IMG/VR virus record: IMGVR_UViG_3300025759_000098
Coordinates: 1-61,584 of that record
Origin: a virus
Lineage: Duplodnaviria > Caudoviricetes
Length of the DNA: 61,584 nucleotides
Reading direction: 5' to 3' (one strand)
Shown here: piece after piece, positions 9,099 to 19,003 of the stretch
How the letters are laid out: every line of letters starts with the position of its first letter
Position numbering within the stretch: the stretch's first letter is position 1
Position numbers and translations under genes: made by a program
Notes under the pieces: model-generated
What the model saw: only the letters and a program-made list of their open reading frames with translations
Databases searched by the model: none
Told to the model about the DNA's origin: nothing

Positions 9099-9303
9099 AA
9101 AAATTACCGTAGGTAAAGACTATAAGGAAAACGCTATGCACTACGCTGTAGGCCAAGATGTTTATGGTGGGCATACTATATCTAATATTGTTGAAGATGA
9201 AGATAAGTATTCTATATATATAAAAAAGAATAAAGACGTTTTACCTTGGAAAGACTTTAACAAGAACATGGCAATATCTGTAGAATATAATTTAGAGTAC
9301 TAA
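9082..9303 (+). CDS. Hypothetical protein
   Basis: 73 aa; overlaps both neighbours. Confidence 0.65.
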   Translation: MAKLIRKITVGKDYKENAMHYAVGQDVYGGHTISNIVEDEDKYSIYIKKNKDVLPWKDFNKNMAISVEYNLEY

Positions 9304-9893
9304 TGAAAGCACCTTTTGACTTTGTTATAGAGCCAAAAGGTAGTAGATATAACAATATAACTAAAGTTGGTGATAAAGATCTTATTATTAACACTGAAAT
9401 ATTTAATCATCAATTTGTAAATAGAGAAGCTATTGTTAAATCTGTACCTACAGCTTATAAAACAAAAATAAAACCAGGAGATACTATTATAACTCACCAT
9501 AACGTTTTTAGAAGATGGCTTGATGTCAAGGGAAGAGAAAAGAACAGTAGAAGTTTTTTTAATGAAAATACTTATCTTATAAAAGAAGATCAAATATTTT
9601 TATACAAAAGAAATGACAAGTGGAAAGCTACAGATGGTTACTGTTTTGTACAACCTATAAAACAAAGAAACTCGTTAGATGTAGAGACAGAAGAACAGTG
9701 TGTAGGTATAGTTAAGTATACCGACGGTGTTAATGAGATTGGTGATCTTGTAGGATTTACACCTTTTTCAACTTACGAGTTTGTTATAGACGGTAAACGT
9801 TTATATAGAGTTATGAATAAATTTATTACAATTAAATATGAATACCAAGGAAACGAAGAAGCTTATAATCCAAGCTGGGCACAAAGCAGTTGA
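9303..9893 (+). CDS. Hypothetical protein, possibly with tandem GroES-like folds
   Basis: Two repeats of a GroES-like pattern (FVIEP...IVKSV...IKPGD; FVQP...GIVKY...IGD); fold is inferred. Confidence 0.5.
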   Translation: MKAPFDFVIEPKGSRYNNITKVGDKDLIINTEIFNHQFVNREAIVKSVPTAYKTKIKPGDTIITHHNVFRRWLDVKGREKNSRSFFNENTYLIKEDQIFLYKRNDKWKATDGYCFVQPIKQRNSLDVETEEQCVGIVKYTDGVNEIGDLVGFTPFSTYEFVIDGKRLYRVMNKFITIKYEYQGNEEAYNPSWAQSS

Positions 9894-10116
9894 AGAACTT
9901 ATCAATGTAGCTAGAGAAAAGATTATTACTAATACAGAAGATGATGTTTCTGCTGATAGACTGAAGAACGCTGCAGCTACTAAAAAACTAGCAATATTTG
10001 ACGCGTTTGAAATACTTAACAGAATTCAAGAAGAAAATAACATCCTTGAGGGCAAAACACCTGAAAAGGCAGAGAAAAAAGTCTTTAAAGGATTCGCAGA
10101 AGGTAGATCTAAGTAA
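9838..10116 (+). CDS. Putative terminase small subunit
   Basis: Helical 92-aa ORF coupled by TAATG to the large terminase; assigned by position. Confidence 0.45.
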   Translation: MNTKETKKLIIQAGHKAVEELINVAREKIITNTEDDVSADRLKNAAATKKLAIFDAFEILNRIQEENNILEGKTPEKAEKKVFKGFAEGRSK

Positions 10117-12332
10117 TGTACAGTCAAAGTTTAGTTAAGGTCATAGAACCTGTAAAGAAAACAACAATCACACGTTTAAACCGTGGTAAAAAATGGAAAT
10201 ATGGATACAATAAAGAACATGATATTGTCGTTATATCAAAAACTGGTAAAATTGGTGAAATACTTGAAATCCAAAACTTGCGCATTGCTTTACCACCTGT
10301 GCCCGTGCAAGTACATGGACTGCAAGAAAATAAGTGGAAAAAAATAGATTATCCTCAAGAACTACAAAGAATTAAAAACATATTCGACTGGAGAGCTTAC
10401 CCCGAAGAAAGTAAAGATCAATGGTTCGATTATATAGACGAGGAGTTTAAAAGAAGAGATGAGGGCTTTTGGTTTATGAATAACGGTAAACCAACTTGGA
10501 TAACAGGCACACACTACATGTATTTACAATGGAGCAAGATTGATGTTGGGGCTCCAGATTATAGAGAAGCTAATAGACTGTTTTATATATTCTGGGAAGC
10601 TTGTAAAGCAGATAAAAGATGTTATGGTATGTGTTACCTTAAAAACAGGCGTTCTGGTTTTAGTTTTATGTCTTCAGCTGAAACAGTTAATTTAGCTACA
10701 ATATCAAGTGATAGTAGATATGGTATATTATCTAAATCAGGTGCTGACGCTAAAAAAATGTTTACTGATAAAGTTGTACCAATTAGTATTAACTATCCTT
10801 TCTTTTTCAAACCGATACAAGACGGTATGGATAGACCAAAGTCAGAACTTGCTTATAGAGTACCAGCTAGTAAGTTTACAAGAAAGAAGATTACAACAAA
10901 CGAACAGCTTGAAGATATTAAAGGGTTAGACACAACTATAGATTGGAAAAATACTGGTGACAATAGTTATGATGGAGAAAAACTTAATTTATTAGTTCAC
11001 GATGAAAGTGGTAAGTGGGAAAGACCAGATAATATATTAAACAATTGGAGAGTTACTAAAACTTGTTTAAGGTTAGGTGCTAAAATAGTTGGTAAGTGCA
11101 TGATGGGTTCAACATCAAACGCTTTAGACAAAGGTGGAGATAATTTTAAAAAACTATATAATGATTCTGACGTTACCAAGCGAAATAGAAATGGACAGAC
11201 AAAATCTGGTTTATATTCTCTTTTTATTCCAATGGAGTGGAACTATGAAGGATTTATTGATGAATACGGAAGTCCAGTATTTAATAACCCAAACGATGAT
11301 GTCCTCGGACCAGATGGTGAACTAATAGATATAGGAATAATAGAGCACTGGAACAACGAAGCAGAGGGTTTAAAAGGAGATCCAGATGCTTTAAATGAGT
11401 TTTACAGACAGTTTCCGCGAACTGAAGAACACGCGTTTAGAGATGAAACAAAAAATAGTATATTTAACCTAGTTAAGTTATACGAACAAATAGATTATAA
11501 CGAGGGTATAGGTAGCTCCTCTGTTGTAAATACCGGTAACTTTCAATGGGTAAACGGTATTAAAGACACACAGGTTATATTTTATCCAGACCCACAGGGT
11601 AGATTTAAAATTAGCTGGACACCACCACAACACCTGCAAAATAAAATAATAGTCAAAGGTGGTATTAAATATCCAGCAAACGAACACATGGGTGCTTTCG
11701 GTTGTGACAGTTATGATATATCAGGAACAGTAGACGGTAGAGGTTCTAATGGTGCTTTGCACGGGTTAACTAAGTTTAGCATGGAAGACGCTCCACCTAA
11801 TCAGTTTTTTTTAGAGTATATAGCTAGACCACAAACAGCTGAAATATTTTTTGAAGATGTGTTAATGTCGCTAGTATTTTATGGTATGCCATTACTAGCA
11901 GAAAATAATAAACCAAGGTTGTTATACTATTTAAGACGTAGAGGTTATAGAGGTTATAGTATGAATAGACCTGACAAGGTTTGGAACAAACTATCGGTAA
12001 CAGAAAGAGAGATAGGCGGTATACCAAACTCAAGTGAAGATATAAAACAAGCTCATGCTGCCGCTATAGAGATGTATATACAACAGCACGTGGGTCATTT
12101 AGGCGATGGTAATTACGGTAACATGTATTTTAATAACACACTAAATGATTGGGCTAGATTTGATATAAACAAAAGAACAAAGTTTGACGCAACAATAAGT
12201 AGTGGATTAGCTGTTATGGCCTGTAATAGACATTTGTATGCTCCAAACGCAATAATAGAAAAACCAAAATTAAACATAAATATTGCTAGATATTCTAATA
12301 CAGGCGGTATGTCCAAATTAATTAAAGAATAA
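10116..12332 (+). CDS. terL: Terminase large subunit
   Basis: LKNRRSGFS Walker A-like, LVHDESGKW Walker B, GCDSYD nuclease motif; upstream of portal. Confidence 0.9.
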   Translation: MYSQSLVKVIEPVKKTTITRLNRGKKWKYGYNKEHDIVVISKTGKIGEILEIQNLRIALPPVPVQVHGLQENKWKKIDYPQELQRIKNIFDWRAYPEESKDQWFDYIDEEFKRRDEGFWFMNNGKPTWITGTHYMYLQWSKIDVGAPDYREANRLFYIFWEACKADKRCYGMCYLKNRRSGFSFMSSAETVNLATISSDSRYGILSKSGADAKKMFTDKVVPISINYPFFFKPIQDGMDRPKSELAYRVPASKFTRKKITTNEQLEDIKGLDTTIDWKNTGDNSYDGEKLNLLVHDESGKWERPDNILNNWRVTKTCLRLGAKIVGKCMMGSTSNALDKGGDNFKKLYNDSDVTKRNRNGQTKSGLYSLFIPMEWNYEGFIDEYGSPVFNNPNDDVLGPDGELIDIGIIEHWNNEAEGLKGDPDALNEFYRQFPRTEEHAFRDETKNSIFNLVKLYEQIDYNEGIGSSSVVNTGNFQWVNGIKDTQVIFYPDPQGRFKISWTPPQHLQNKIIVKGGIKYPANEHMGAFGCDSYDISGTVDGRGSNGALHGLTKFSMEDAPPNQFFLEYIARPQTAEIFFEDVLMSLVFYGMPLLAENNKPRLLYYLRRRGYRGYSMNRPDKVWNKLSVTEREIGGIPNSSEDIKQAHAAAIEMYIQQHVGHLGDGNYGNMYFNNTLNDWARFDINKRTKFDATISSGLAVMACNRHLYAPNAIIEKPKLNINIARYSNTGGMSKLIKE

Positions 12333-12333
12333 T

Positions 12334-14724
12334 ATGAGAGGTAACTATAATTTTCCAAGCCAAGTAGTTAGCGATATAGAAAAATCATCGCAGGAGTACG
12401 GTCTAAAAGTAGCTAGAGCTATTGAGGCCGAGTGGTTTGATGGTGAAAGAAACGGTAGGAATAGATATTCTAACCATATAAATAATTTCCACAGACTAAG
12501 ACTATACGCTAGAGGAGAACAATCAATACAAAAATACAAAGATGAGTTATCAATAAATGGTGACTTAAGCTATTTAAACCTAGACTGGAAACCAGTTCCA
12601 ATTATACCTAAATTTGTAGATATTGTTGTAAACGGTATATCTGAAAGACAATACTCTATAAAAGCATATTCTCAAGATCCATACGGAGTAGAAAAAAGAA
12701 CTGCTTATATGGAGGGAGTTTTAAAAGACATGAGAGCTAAAGAGTTTGATAAAATGGCTCAAAACTTAATGAACATGGACTTTACACAAAACAAGGGTGA
12801 AGATGTTCCAGAGACTCAAGAAGAATTAGACTTACATATGTCTTTAAATTATAAGCAGTCTGTTGAGATAGCTGAAGAACAAGCTATAAACACTTTGTTA
12901 GACGGTAACAAATATGATTTAACTAGAAGAAGATTAATATATGATTTAACTGTTTTAGGTATTGGTGCTTGTAAAACTTCTTTTAATACTTCTGAAGGTG
13001 TTACGGTTGATTACGTTGATCCAGCTAATCTAGTATACTCTTATACTGAATCACCTTATTTTGATGATTTGTATTATGTTGGAGAAGTAAAGTCAGTCCC
13101 TGTAAACGAATTGATAAAACAATTTCCAAATATATCTAACGAAGAGTTAAAAGAAATAACAGAAAATAATTATAAGCATAACTATAGATACAGTAACCGT
13201 AGAGCTTATAATGAAGAAGATAAAAATAAAATAGACGTATTGTACTTTAACTATAAAACTTTCAATCACGAAGTGTACAAGTTAAAAGAAACATCTGTTG
13301 GGCTACAAAAACTTATAGAAAAAGACGATAGCTTTAACCCACCCGTAGGTGAGAATTTAGCGTTTGAAAGACTAGGTAGAAAGATAGAGTGTTTATACGA
13401 GGGTGTGTTAATATTAGGCACTGGTAAATTACTTAAATGGAGTAAGGCTAAAAACATGATGCGTCCTAAAAGTGATTTTACTAAAGTAACAATGAACTAT
13501 TCTATATGTGCACCACGTATGTATGAGGGTAGGATAGAAAGTTTAGTTAGTAGAATAACTGGGTTTGCAGATATGATACAGCTAACACACTTGAAACTAC
13601 AGCAAGTAATGTCACGTATGATACCTGATGGTATTTATTTAGATGCTGATGGTTTGGCAGAGATAGATTTAGGTAACGGAACAAACTATAATCCACAAGA
13701 AGCCTTAAACATGTTCTTCCAAACTGGTAGTATAATTGGTAGATCGCAAACAATAGATGGTGCTCCTAATCCAGGTAAAATACCTATTCAAGAAATACAG
13801 TCAGGTGGTGGTGCTAAAATGCAAAGTTTAATTGGTACATACAATTATTACTTGCAAATGATTAGAGATACTACCGGGTTGAACGAGGCTAGAGATGCGG
13901 CTACACCAGATCCAAAGGCTTTAGTCGGTGTACAGAAGTTAGCAGCTGCAAATAGTAATACAGCTACTAGACACATATTACAAGGTGGAGCGTTTTTAAC
14001 ACAAGAGATATGTGAGCAAATATCTTTAAGAATATCAGATATATTAGAATATTCTCCAACCGCAAATGCTTTTATACAAGCTATAGGTTCTCATAATGTA
14101 GCTACGTTACAAGAAATGAAAAACTTACATCTATATGACTTTGGTATATTTTTAGAGTTAGCACCAGATGAAGAAGAAAAGCAGTTGTTAGAAAACAATA
14201 TACAAACAGCCTTGTCTCAACAAACAATAGACTTAGAAGATGTAATTGATTTAAGAGAAATAAAAAATATAAAACTTGCAAATCAACTTTTAAAAATACG
14301 TAGAAAAAAGAAAATGCAAAAAGACCAGCAAATGCAACAGCAAAATATGCAAGCGCAAGCCGAGTCTAATGCACAGCAACAACAAGCAGCGGCCCAAGCT
14401 GAAATGCAAAAATCTAAAGCGGCTTTAGAAAACGAAATGATGTTTGAAGCTAAAAAATCAGAGTTGGCAACTGCTAAATTAAAAGCTGAAGCTGATATGA
14501 AGAAGATGCTAATGGACCACGAGTTTGAGTTGAACATACGTATGAAGAAAATGGAGATGGAACAAATGCAAGAAAAAGATCTTTCAAAAGAAACGTTAAA
14601 AGGTCAAAACCAAGTTAAAACACAACAAGTAAAAAATCAAGCAGAAAAAGCAAAAGGCTTTGAGTCTTCTGGTAATGATGTACTTGGTGGTGGTATGAGG
14701 CTAGGTGCTTTTGACCCTCAATAA
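12334..14724 (+). CDS. Portal protein
   Basis: 796 aa after terL; PIIPKFVDIVVNG; Gln-rich C-terminal coiled coil as in podoviral portals. Confidence 0.85.
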   Translation: MRGNYNFPSQVVSDIEKSSQEYGLKVARAIEAEWFDGERNGRNRYSNHINNFHRLRLYARGEQSIQKYKDELSINGDLSYLNLDWKPVPIIPKFVDIVVNGISERQYSIKAYSQDPYGVEKRTAYMEGVLKDMRAKEFDKMAQNLMNMDFTQNKGEDVPETQEELDLHMSLNYKQSVEIAEEQAINTLLDGNKYDLTRRRLIYDLTVLGIGACKTSFNTSEGVTVDYVDPANLVYSYTESPYFDDLYYVGEVKSVPVNELIKQFPNISNEELKEITENNYKHNYRYSNRRAYNEEDKNKIDVLYFNYKTFNHEVYKLKETSVGLQKLIEKDDSFNPPVGENLAFERLGRKIECLYEGVLILGTGKLLKWSKAKNMMRPKSDFTKVTMNYSICAPRMYEGRIESLVSRITGFADMIQLTHLKLQQVMSRMIPDGIYLDADGLAEIDLGNGTNYNPQEALNMFFQTGSIIGRSQTIDGAPNPGKIPIQEIQSGGGAKMQSLIGTYNYYLQMIRDTTGLNEARDAATPDPKALVGVQKLAAANSNTATRHILQGGAFLTQEICEQISLRISDILEYSPTANAFIQAIGSHNVATLQEMKNLHLYDFGIFLELAPDEEEKQLLENNIQTALSQQTIDLEDVIDLREIKNIKLANQLLKIRRKKKMQKDQQMQQQNMQAQAESNAQQQQAAAQAEMQKSKAALENEMMFEAKKSELATAKLKAEADMKKMLMDHEFELNIRMKKMEMEQMQEKDLSKETLKGQNQVKTQQVKNQAEKAKGFESSGNDVLGGGMRLGAFDPQ

Positions 14725-14752
14725 AAATTATTAATTATTATTATATTATATT

Positions 14753-15916
14753 ATGGCAAAAAAAGAAAACAAGGCTGAAGAGCCAAAGGTAGATAATACC
14801 GTAGAAAAAATTAAAGTTAAAAGAAAACCTAAAAAGTTTTCAGATGTTAATGAGACTATAAAAGTTGATTTAACTAAAAAACCAGAAGTCAAAGAAGAGG
14901 TAACAAAAGTTGATTTAGCTGAGAAACCAGAGGTTAAAGAAGAAACACCAGTTGTTGAAGCTGTAGAAGAAGTAAAAGAAACTCCTGTTAAAGAAGAAGT
15001 AAAAGAAACTCCTATTGTAGAAGAGATTACTAATGAAGAAAAAACAGAAGTTACACCTACACCAACACCTGTAAAACAAGAAATAAAACAACCAGAGTTA
15101 CCAGAGAATATACAGAAGTTAATGAGCTTCATGGAAGAGACTGGTGGTGATCTAAACGACTATGTACAACTTAATAGAGATTACTCTGATATGGATAATC
15201 ATACTTTATTAAGAGAGTATTACAAACAAACTAAACCTCATCTTCAACCAGATGAAATTGATTTCATGATGAATGATCAATTTTCTTATGACGAAGAAGA
15301 AGATGAGACAGATATAAAAAGAAAAAAACTAGCGTTAAAAGAGCAAGTTGCCAACGCTAAAACTCAACTGGAAGAGTATAAATCCAAATACTATGAAGAT
15401 ATTAAGGCTGGAAGTAAATTAACAAACGAACAACAGAAAGCTATTGATTTCTTTAATAGATACAACAAAGAGTCTGAGCAAAAAGAAAAAGCTCGTTTGC
15501 AGGCAAAAACTACTTTCCAAAACAAAACAGACCAATTATTTAGTGACGAGTTCAAAGGTTTTGAATATAATGTCGGAGACAAAAGATATAGGTTTAATGT
15601 TAAGGATGTTAGTGAAGTAAAAGAAAACCAAAGTAATATGGATAATTTTATCAAGAAGTTCTTGAATGAAAACAACCAAATTGAAGACGCTGCTGGTTAT
15701 CATAAATCAATGTTTACTGCGAACAATGCTGACGCTATAGCTAAGCACTTCTACGAACAAGGTAAAGCTGATGCTTTAAAAGACAGCATGGCTAAATCTA
15801 AAAACATCGATATGTCACCTAGAGGTTCACACGGAGACGATACGAATAGTGGAGGTTTAAAGTTTAAAGTGTTAAATGATAGCTCGGCCCCTACGTTTAA
15901 ATTTAAAAAAAAATAA
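14753..15916 (+). CDS. Capsid scaffolding protein
   Basis: Acidic low-complexity N-terminus (EEVKETP repeats), coiled coil; lies between portal and capsid genes. Confidence 0.7.
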   Translation: MAKKENKAEEPKVDNTVEKIKVKRKPKKFSDVNETIKVDLTKKPEVKEEVTKVDLAEKPEVKEETPVVEAVEEVKETPVKEEVKETPIVEEITNEEKTEVTPTPTPVKQEIKQPELPENIQKLMSFMEETGGDLNDYVQLNRDYSDMDNHTLLREYYKQTKPHLQPDEIDFMMNDQFSYDEEEDETDIKRKKLALKEQVANAKTQLEEYKSKYYEDIKAGSKLTNEQQKAIDFFNRYNKESEQKEKARLQAKTTFQNKTDQLFSDEFKGFEYNVGDKRYRFNVKDVSEVKENQSNMDNFIKKFLNENNQIEDAAGYHKSMFTANNADAIAKHFYEQGKADALKDSMAKSKNIDMSPRGSHGDDTNSGGLKFKVLNDSSAPTFKFKKK

Positions 15917-15943
15917 GTATTAATTAAAAAACAAAATTAAAAA

Positions 15944-17374
15944 ATGGCAATTACAAGTGCAACGGGGATAGATGCTGCCCCAAGAAAACAAACGTTGTCG
16001 ACTAACTATGTAGACTTTACATCGTCTGCTACTGAAGGTTGGGCGCAACAATATTTACCAGATCTTATGGAAAAAGAAGCTGAGATTTATGGTAAGAGAA
16101 CTATCGCGGGTTTCTTAGCTCAAGTTGGAGCTGAAGAGCCTTCTGCTGCTGATAGAGTTATATGGTCAGAGCAAGGTAGATTACATTTAGCTTATACAGC
16201 GGTTTACAAAGATTCTAACAATGTTTACACAATTCAAAATGATATTGACGGAAATTCTGTTGGTTCAGATCACGGTGTTAGAGTTGGTGACATGGTTGTT
16301 ATGTCTAATCCAAACGCTACAGCAAAAGGTTATGTTTCTGCTGTGTCTGGTGCTGATATAACTGTATTAGCTTACGCTGACGCAAACATGGTTGATGCTG
16401 ACGCGTTAAATTCAACTTCAACGAGTTTAGCTACTAGAGTTTTAGTTATTGGTTCTGAGTTTGAAAAAGGAACTGATGGTAGATCTTCTGCTAACTCTCC
16501 AAAGTTTAAGTCACACTCAAACAAGCATATCATCATGAAAGATTACTACGAAGTATCTGGATCTGATGCTACTTCTATTGGTTGGGTAGAAATATCTGGA
16601 GAAGAAGGGCAAAACGGTTACTTATGGTATTTAAAAGCTGAAGGTGACACAAGAGCTAGATTTGCTGATTACTTAGAAATGACTATGTTAGAAGCTGAAA
16701 CTGCTCACGCTGACGCTGGAGCTATTGGTGGTACTGACGGAGGTGCTTTACAAGATGGTACACAAGGTTTATTCCAAGCTATTACTACAAGAGGTCATCA
16801 AACTACTGGTGTTACTGGTGTTAATGCCGCTACTGATTTAGCTGAGTTTGATGCTATATTAGCTGTATTTGATGCAAATGGAGCTATTGAAGAAAACATG
16901 TTATTTGTTAATAGAGCTACGTCTCTAGCTATGGACGACATGTTAGCTTCTATGAACTCTTATGGAGCTGGTGGTACTTCTTACGGAGTGTTCGACAACG
17001 AAGAAGATATGGCTTTAAATTTAGGTTTCTCTGGATTCAGAAGAGGTTCTTATGACTTCTACAAGTCTGACTTTAAATACCTAAATGACAAAGGAACAAG
17101 AGGAGGTTTAAATGACACTGTTAACGCGATTAGAGGTGTTGTTATTCCTGCTGGTGTATCTTCGGTTTATGACGAGCAATTAGGTAAAAACCTTAAGCGT
17201 CCATTCTTACACGTAAGATACAGACAATCTGAAACTGAGTCTAGAAAGATGAAGTCTTGGGTTACTGGTTCTGTTGGAGCTGCTACATCTGGAAAAGACG
17301 TTATGGAGGTTCACTACTTAACTGAGAGATGTTTAATTACACAAGGAGCTAATAACTTCATGTTAATGAACTAA
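15944..17374 (+). CDS. Major capsid protein
   Basis: 476 aa after scaffold, strongly biased codons (GCT/GGT/ACT), followed by a terminator hairpin. Confidence 0.8.
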   Translation: MAITSATGIDAAPRKQTLSTNYVDFTSSATEGWAQQYLPDLMEKEAEIYGKRTIAGFLAQVGAEEPSAADRVIWSEQGRLHLAYTAVYKDSNNVYTIQNDIDGNSVGSDHGVRVGDMVVMSNPNATAKGYVSAVSGADITVLAYADANMVDADALNSTSTSLATRVLVIGSEFEKGTDGRSSANSPKFKSHSNKHIIMKDYYEVSGSDATSIGWVEISGEEGQNGYLWYLKAEGDTRARFADYLEMTMLEAETAHADAGAIGGTDGGALQDGTQGLFQAITTRGHQTTGVTGVNAATDLAEFDAILAVFDANGAIEENMLFVNRATSLAMDDMLASMNSYGAGGTSYGVFDNEEDMALNLGFSGFRRGSYDFYKSDFKYLNDKGTRGGLNDTVNAIRGVVIPAGVSSVYDEQLGKNLKRPFLHVRYRQSETESRKMKSWVTGSVGAATSGKDVMEVHYLTERCLITQGANNFMLMN

Positions 17375-17385
17375 TCATTTATATT

Positions 17386-17419
17386 AAGGATCGAGGCTTC
17401 GGCCTCGACCCTTTATTTT
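17386..17419 (+). terminator. Intrinsic terminator after major capsid gene
   Basis: TCGAGGC-TTCG-GCCTCGA hairpin followed by CCCTTTATTTT. Confidence 0.8.
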
Positions 17420-17443
17420 ATTAATTTTATTATATATTATATT

Positions 17444-18262
17444 ATGGCAAAAAAGAAAAAAGTAGAGGTTGAAGAACCTCAAGTAGAAACAGTTGTTGAA
17501 ACTGTTGTTAAAAAAGAAATAAAAAACAATAGCCCAGAAGCTAATTGGGTTATGAAAGACAGAATGTATTATTTACTTGGTAATAAATCACCTCTTACCT
17601 ATTTAATTAGAGGTAGTAATATTTATTACTTTGACGAGGAAAAAGGTTACGAAAGAGAATTAAAATACACTAAAAACCAAAGAACACCTTTTGTTGATGA
17701 AATGAAAGGTGAACAAAGATTAGAACATATAATTTTTCAAAACGGGTCTTTGTTTGTTCCTAAAGAAAAGACAGTTTTACAAAAGTTATTATCTTTATAT
17801 CACCCTCATAGAGACAAGCTTTTTATAGAGCACAAGCCTGCTGAGATAGCCAAAAGCCAAATCGACTGGTTAGAATTAGAGGTAGAAGCTCTTACAGCAG
17901 CTAGAGATTTAGATATTGATTTAGCAGAAGCTGTCATGAGAGTAGAAATTGGTTCTAAGGTATCAGAGATGAGTTCTAAGGAAATTAGAAGAGATTTATT
18001 ACTATTTGCTAAAAGAAACCCTCAATTGTTCTTAGAGTTAGTAACTGATGAAAATGTACATCTTAGAAATATAGGTATAAAAGCAAGGGAGCAAGGTATT
18101 ATAAAGTTATCACAAGATCAAAGAACCTTTACATGGGCTTCAACTGATAGAAAACTTATGACAGTTCCTTTTGAAGAGCACCCATACACTGCTTTAGCTC
18201 ATTGGTTTAAAACTGATGAAGGTATGGAAATATATGCAAATATAGAAAAAAGATTAAATTAA
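17444..18262 (+). CDS. Hypothetical protein of the head/tail assembly region
   Basis: 272-aa ORF directly after the capsid gene. Confidence 0.7.
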   Translation: MAKKKKVEVEEPQVETVVETVVKKEIKNNSPEANWVMKDRMYYLLGNKSPLTYLIRGSNIYYFDEEKGYERELKYTKNQRTPFVDEMKGEQRLEHIIFQNGSLFVPKEKTVLQKLLSLYHPHRDKLFIEHKPAEIAKSQIDWLELEVEALTAARDLDIDLAEAVMRVEIGSKVSEMSSKEIRRDLLLFAKRNPQLFLELVTDENVHLRNIGIKAREQGIIKLSQDQRTFTWASTDRKLMTVPFEEHPYTALAHWFKTDEGMEIYANIEKRLN

Positions 18263-18268
18263 TCAAAC

Positions 18269-18305
18269 TGTAGAGCGGTCGCCCTACGGGGCGATCGTAA
18301 CTACA
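18269..18305 (+). other. GC-rich intergenic hairpin with C(UACG)G tetraloop
   Basis: TGTAG-A-GCGGTCGCCC-TACG-GGGCGATCGT-AA-CTACA. Confidence 0.7.
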
Positions 18306-18318
18306 ATAAAAAAATATT

Positions 18319-18993
18319 ATGGTAAACGTAGATACAGTATATCAAAAAGTATTAATAATAGCTAACAAAGAACAAAGAGGTTATATAACTCCTTTAGAGT
18401 TTAACTTATTAGCAAGTCAAGCTCAAATGGAGATATTCAACAATTATTTCGTTGAGATGTCTCAGTTAAAAGCTATACCTGGTAATGAGTCTGAATATTC
18501 TGATGCTATAAAAACATTAAACGAAAAAATTAGTATATTTAAGAAAAAATCAACTTCACTAAATTTTACTAATAATTTTTTTAAATATCCAAGTGATCTT
18601 TATAAATTAGGAACTGTTTATTTTGCTTCTACAGGTCTTTTGACTGATGGCGTAGAAGTACAAGAAATAACAGACGATGAACTATTAGATTACCATAACT
18701 CACCACTAACATCACCAACAACTAAAAGACCTATATACATACGTAGAGAAGATGATATTAAAGTTTTTCCAAGTACAATTAATTCTGGAATAACTTGTAG
18801 TTATATTAGAAAACCTGTTAAGCCAGAGTGGGGTTATGTAGTTGTAAACGAACAAGCGTTATATAATTCAAACTCAGCAACAAATTTTGAGTTACACGCT
18901 TCAGAAGAAACAACTTTAGTATTAAAAATATTAGGACTAGCTGGTATAGTAATGCAAAAACAAGACATAGCAGCAATAGGACAACAAGCATAA
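18319..18993 (+). CDS. Putative tail adaptor/ring protein
   Basis: 224 aa; NKEQRGYITP...YIRKP; assigned by size and position. Confidence 0.55.
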   Translation: MVNVDTVYQKVLIIANKEQRGYITPLEFNLLASQAQMEIFNNYFVEMSQLKAIPGNESEYSDAIKTLNEKISIFKKKSTSLNFTNNFFKYPSDLYKLGTVYFASTGLLTDGVEVQEITDDELLDYHNSPLTSPTTKRPIYIRREDDIKVFPSTINSGITCSYIRKPVKPEWGYVVVNEQALYNSNSATNFELHASEETTLVLKILGLAGIVMQKQDIAAIGQQA

Positions 18994-19003
18994 AAATAAA
19001 TAA

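Noticed and set aside
14870-15030. AAAGAAGAAGTAAAAGAAACTCCT-type tandem repeats
   Set aside because: Ordinary low-complexity EEVKETP coding repeats in the scaffold protein.
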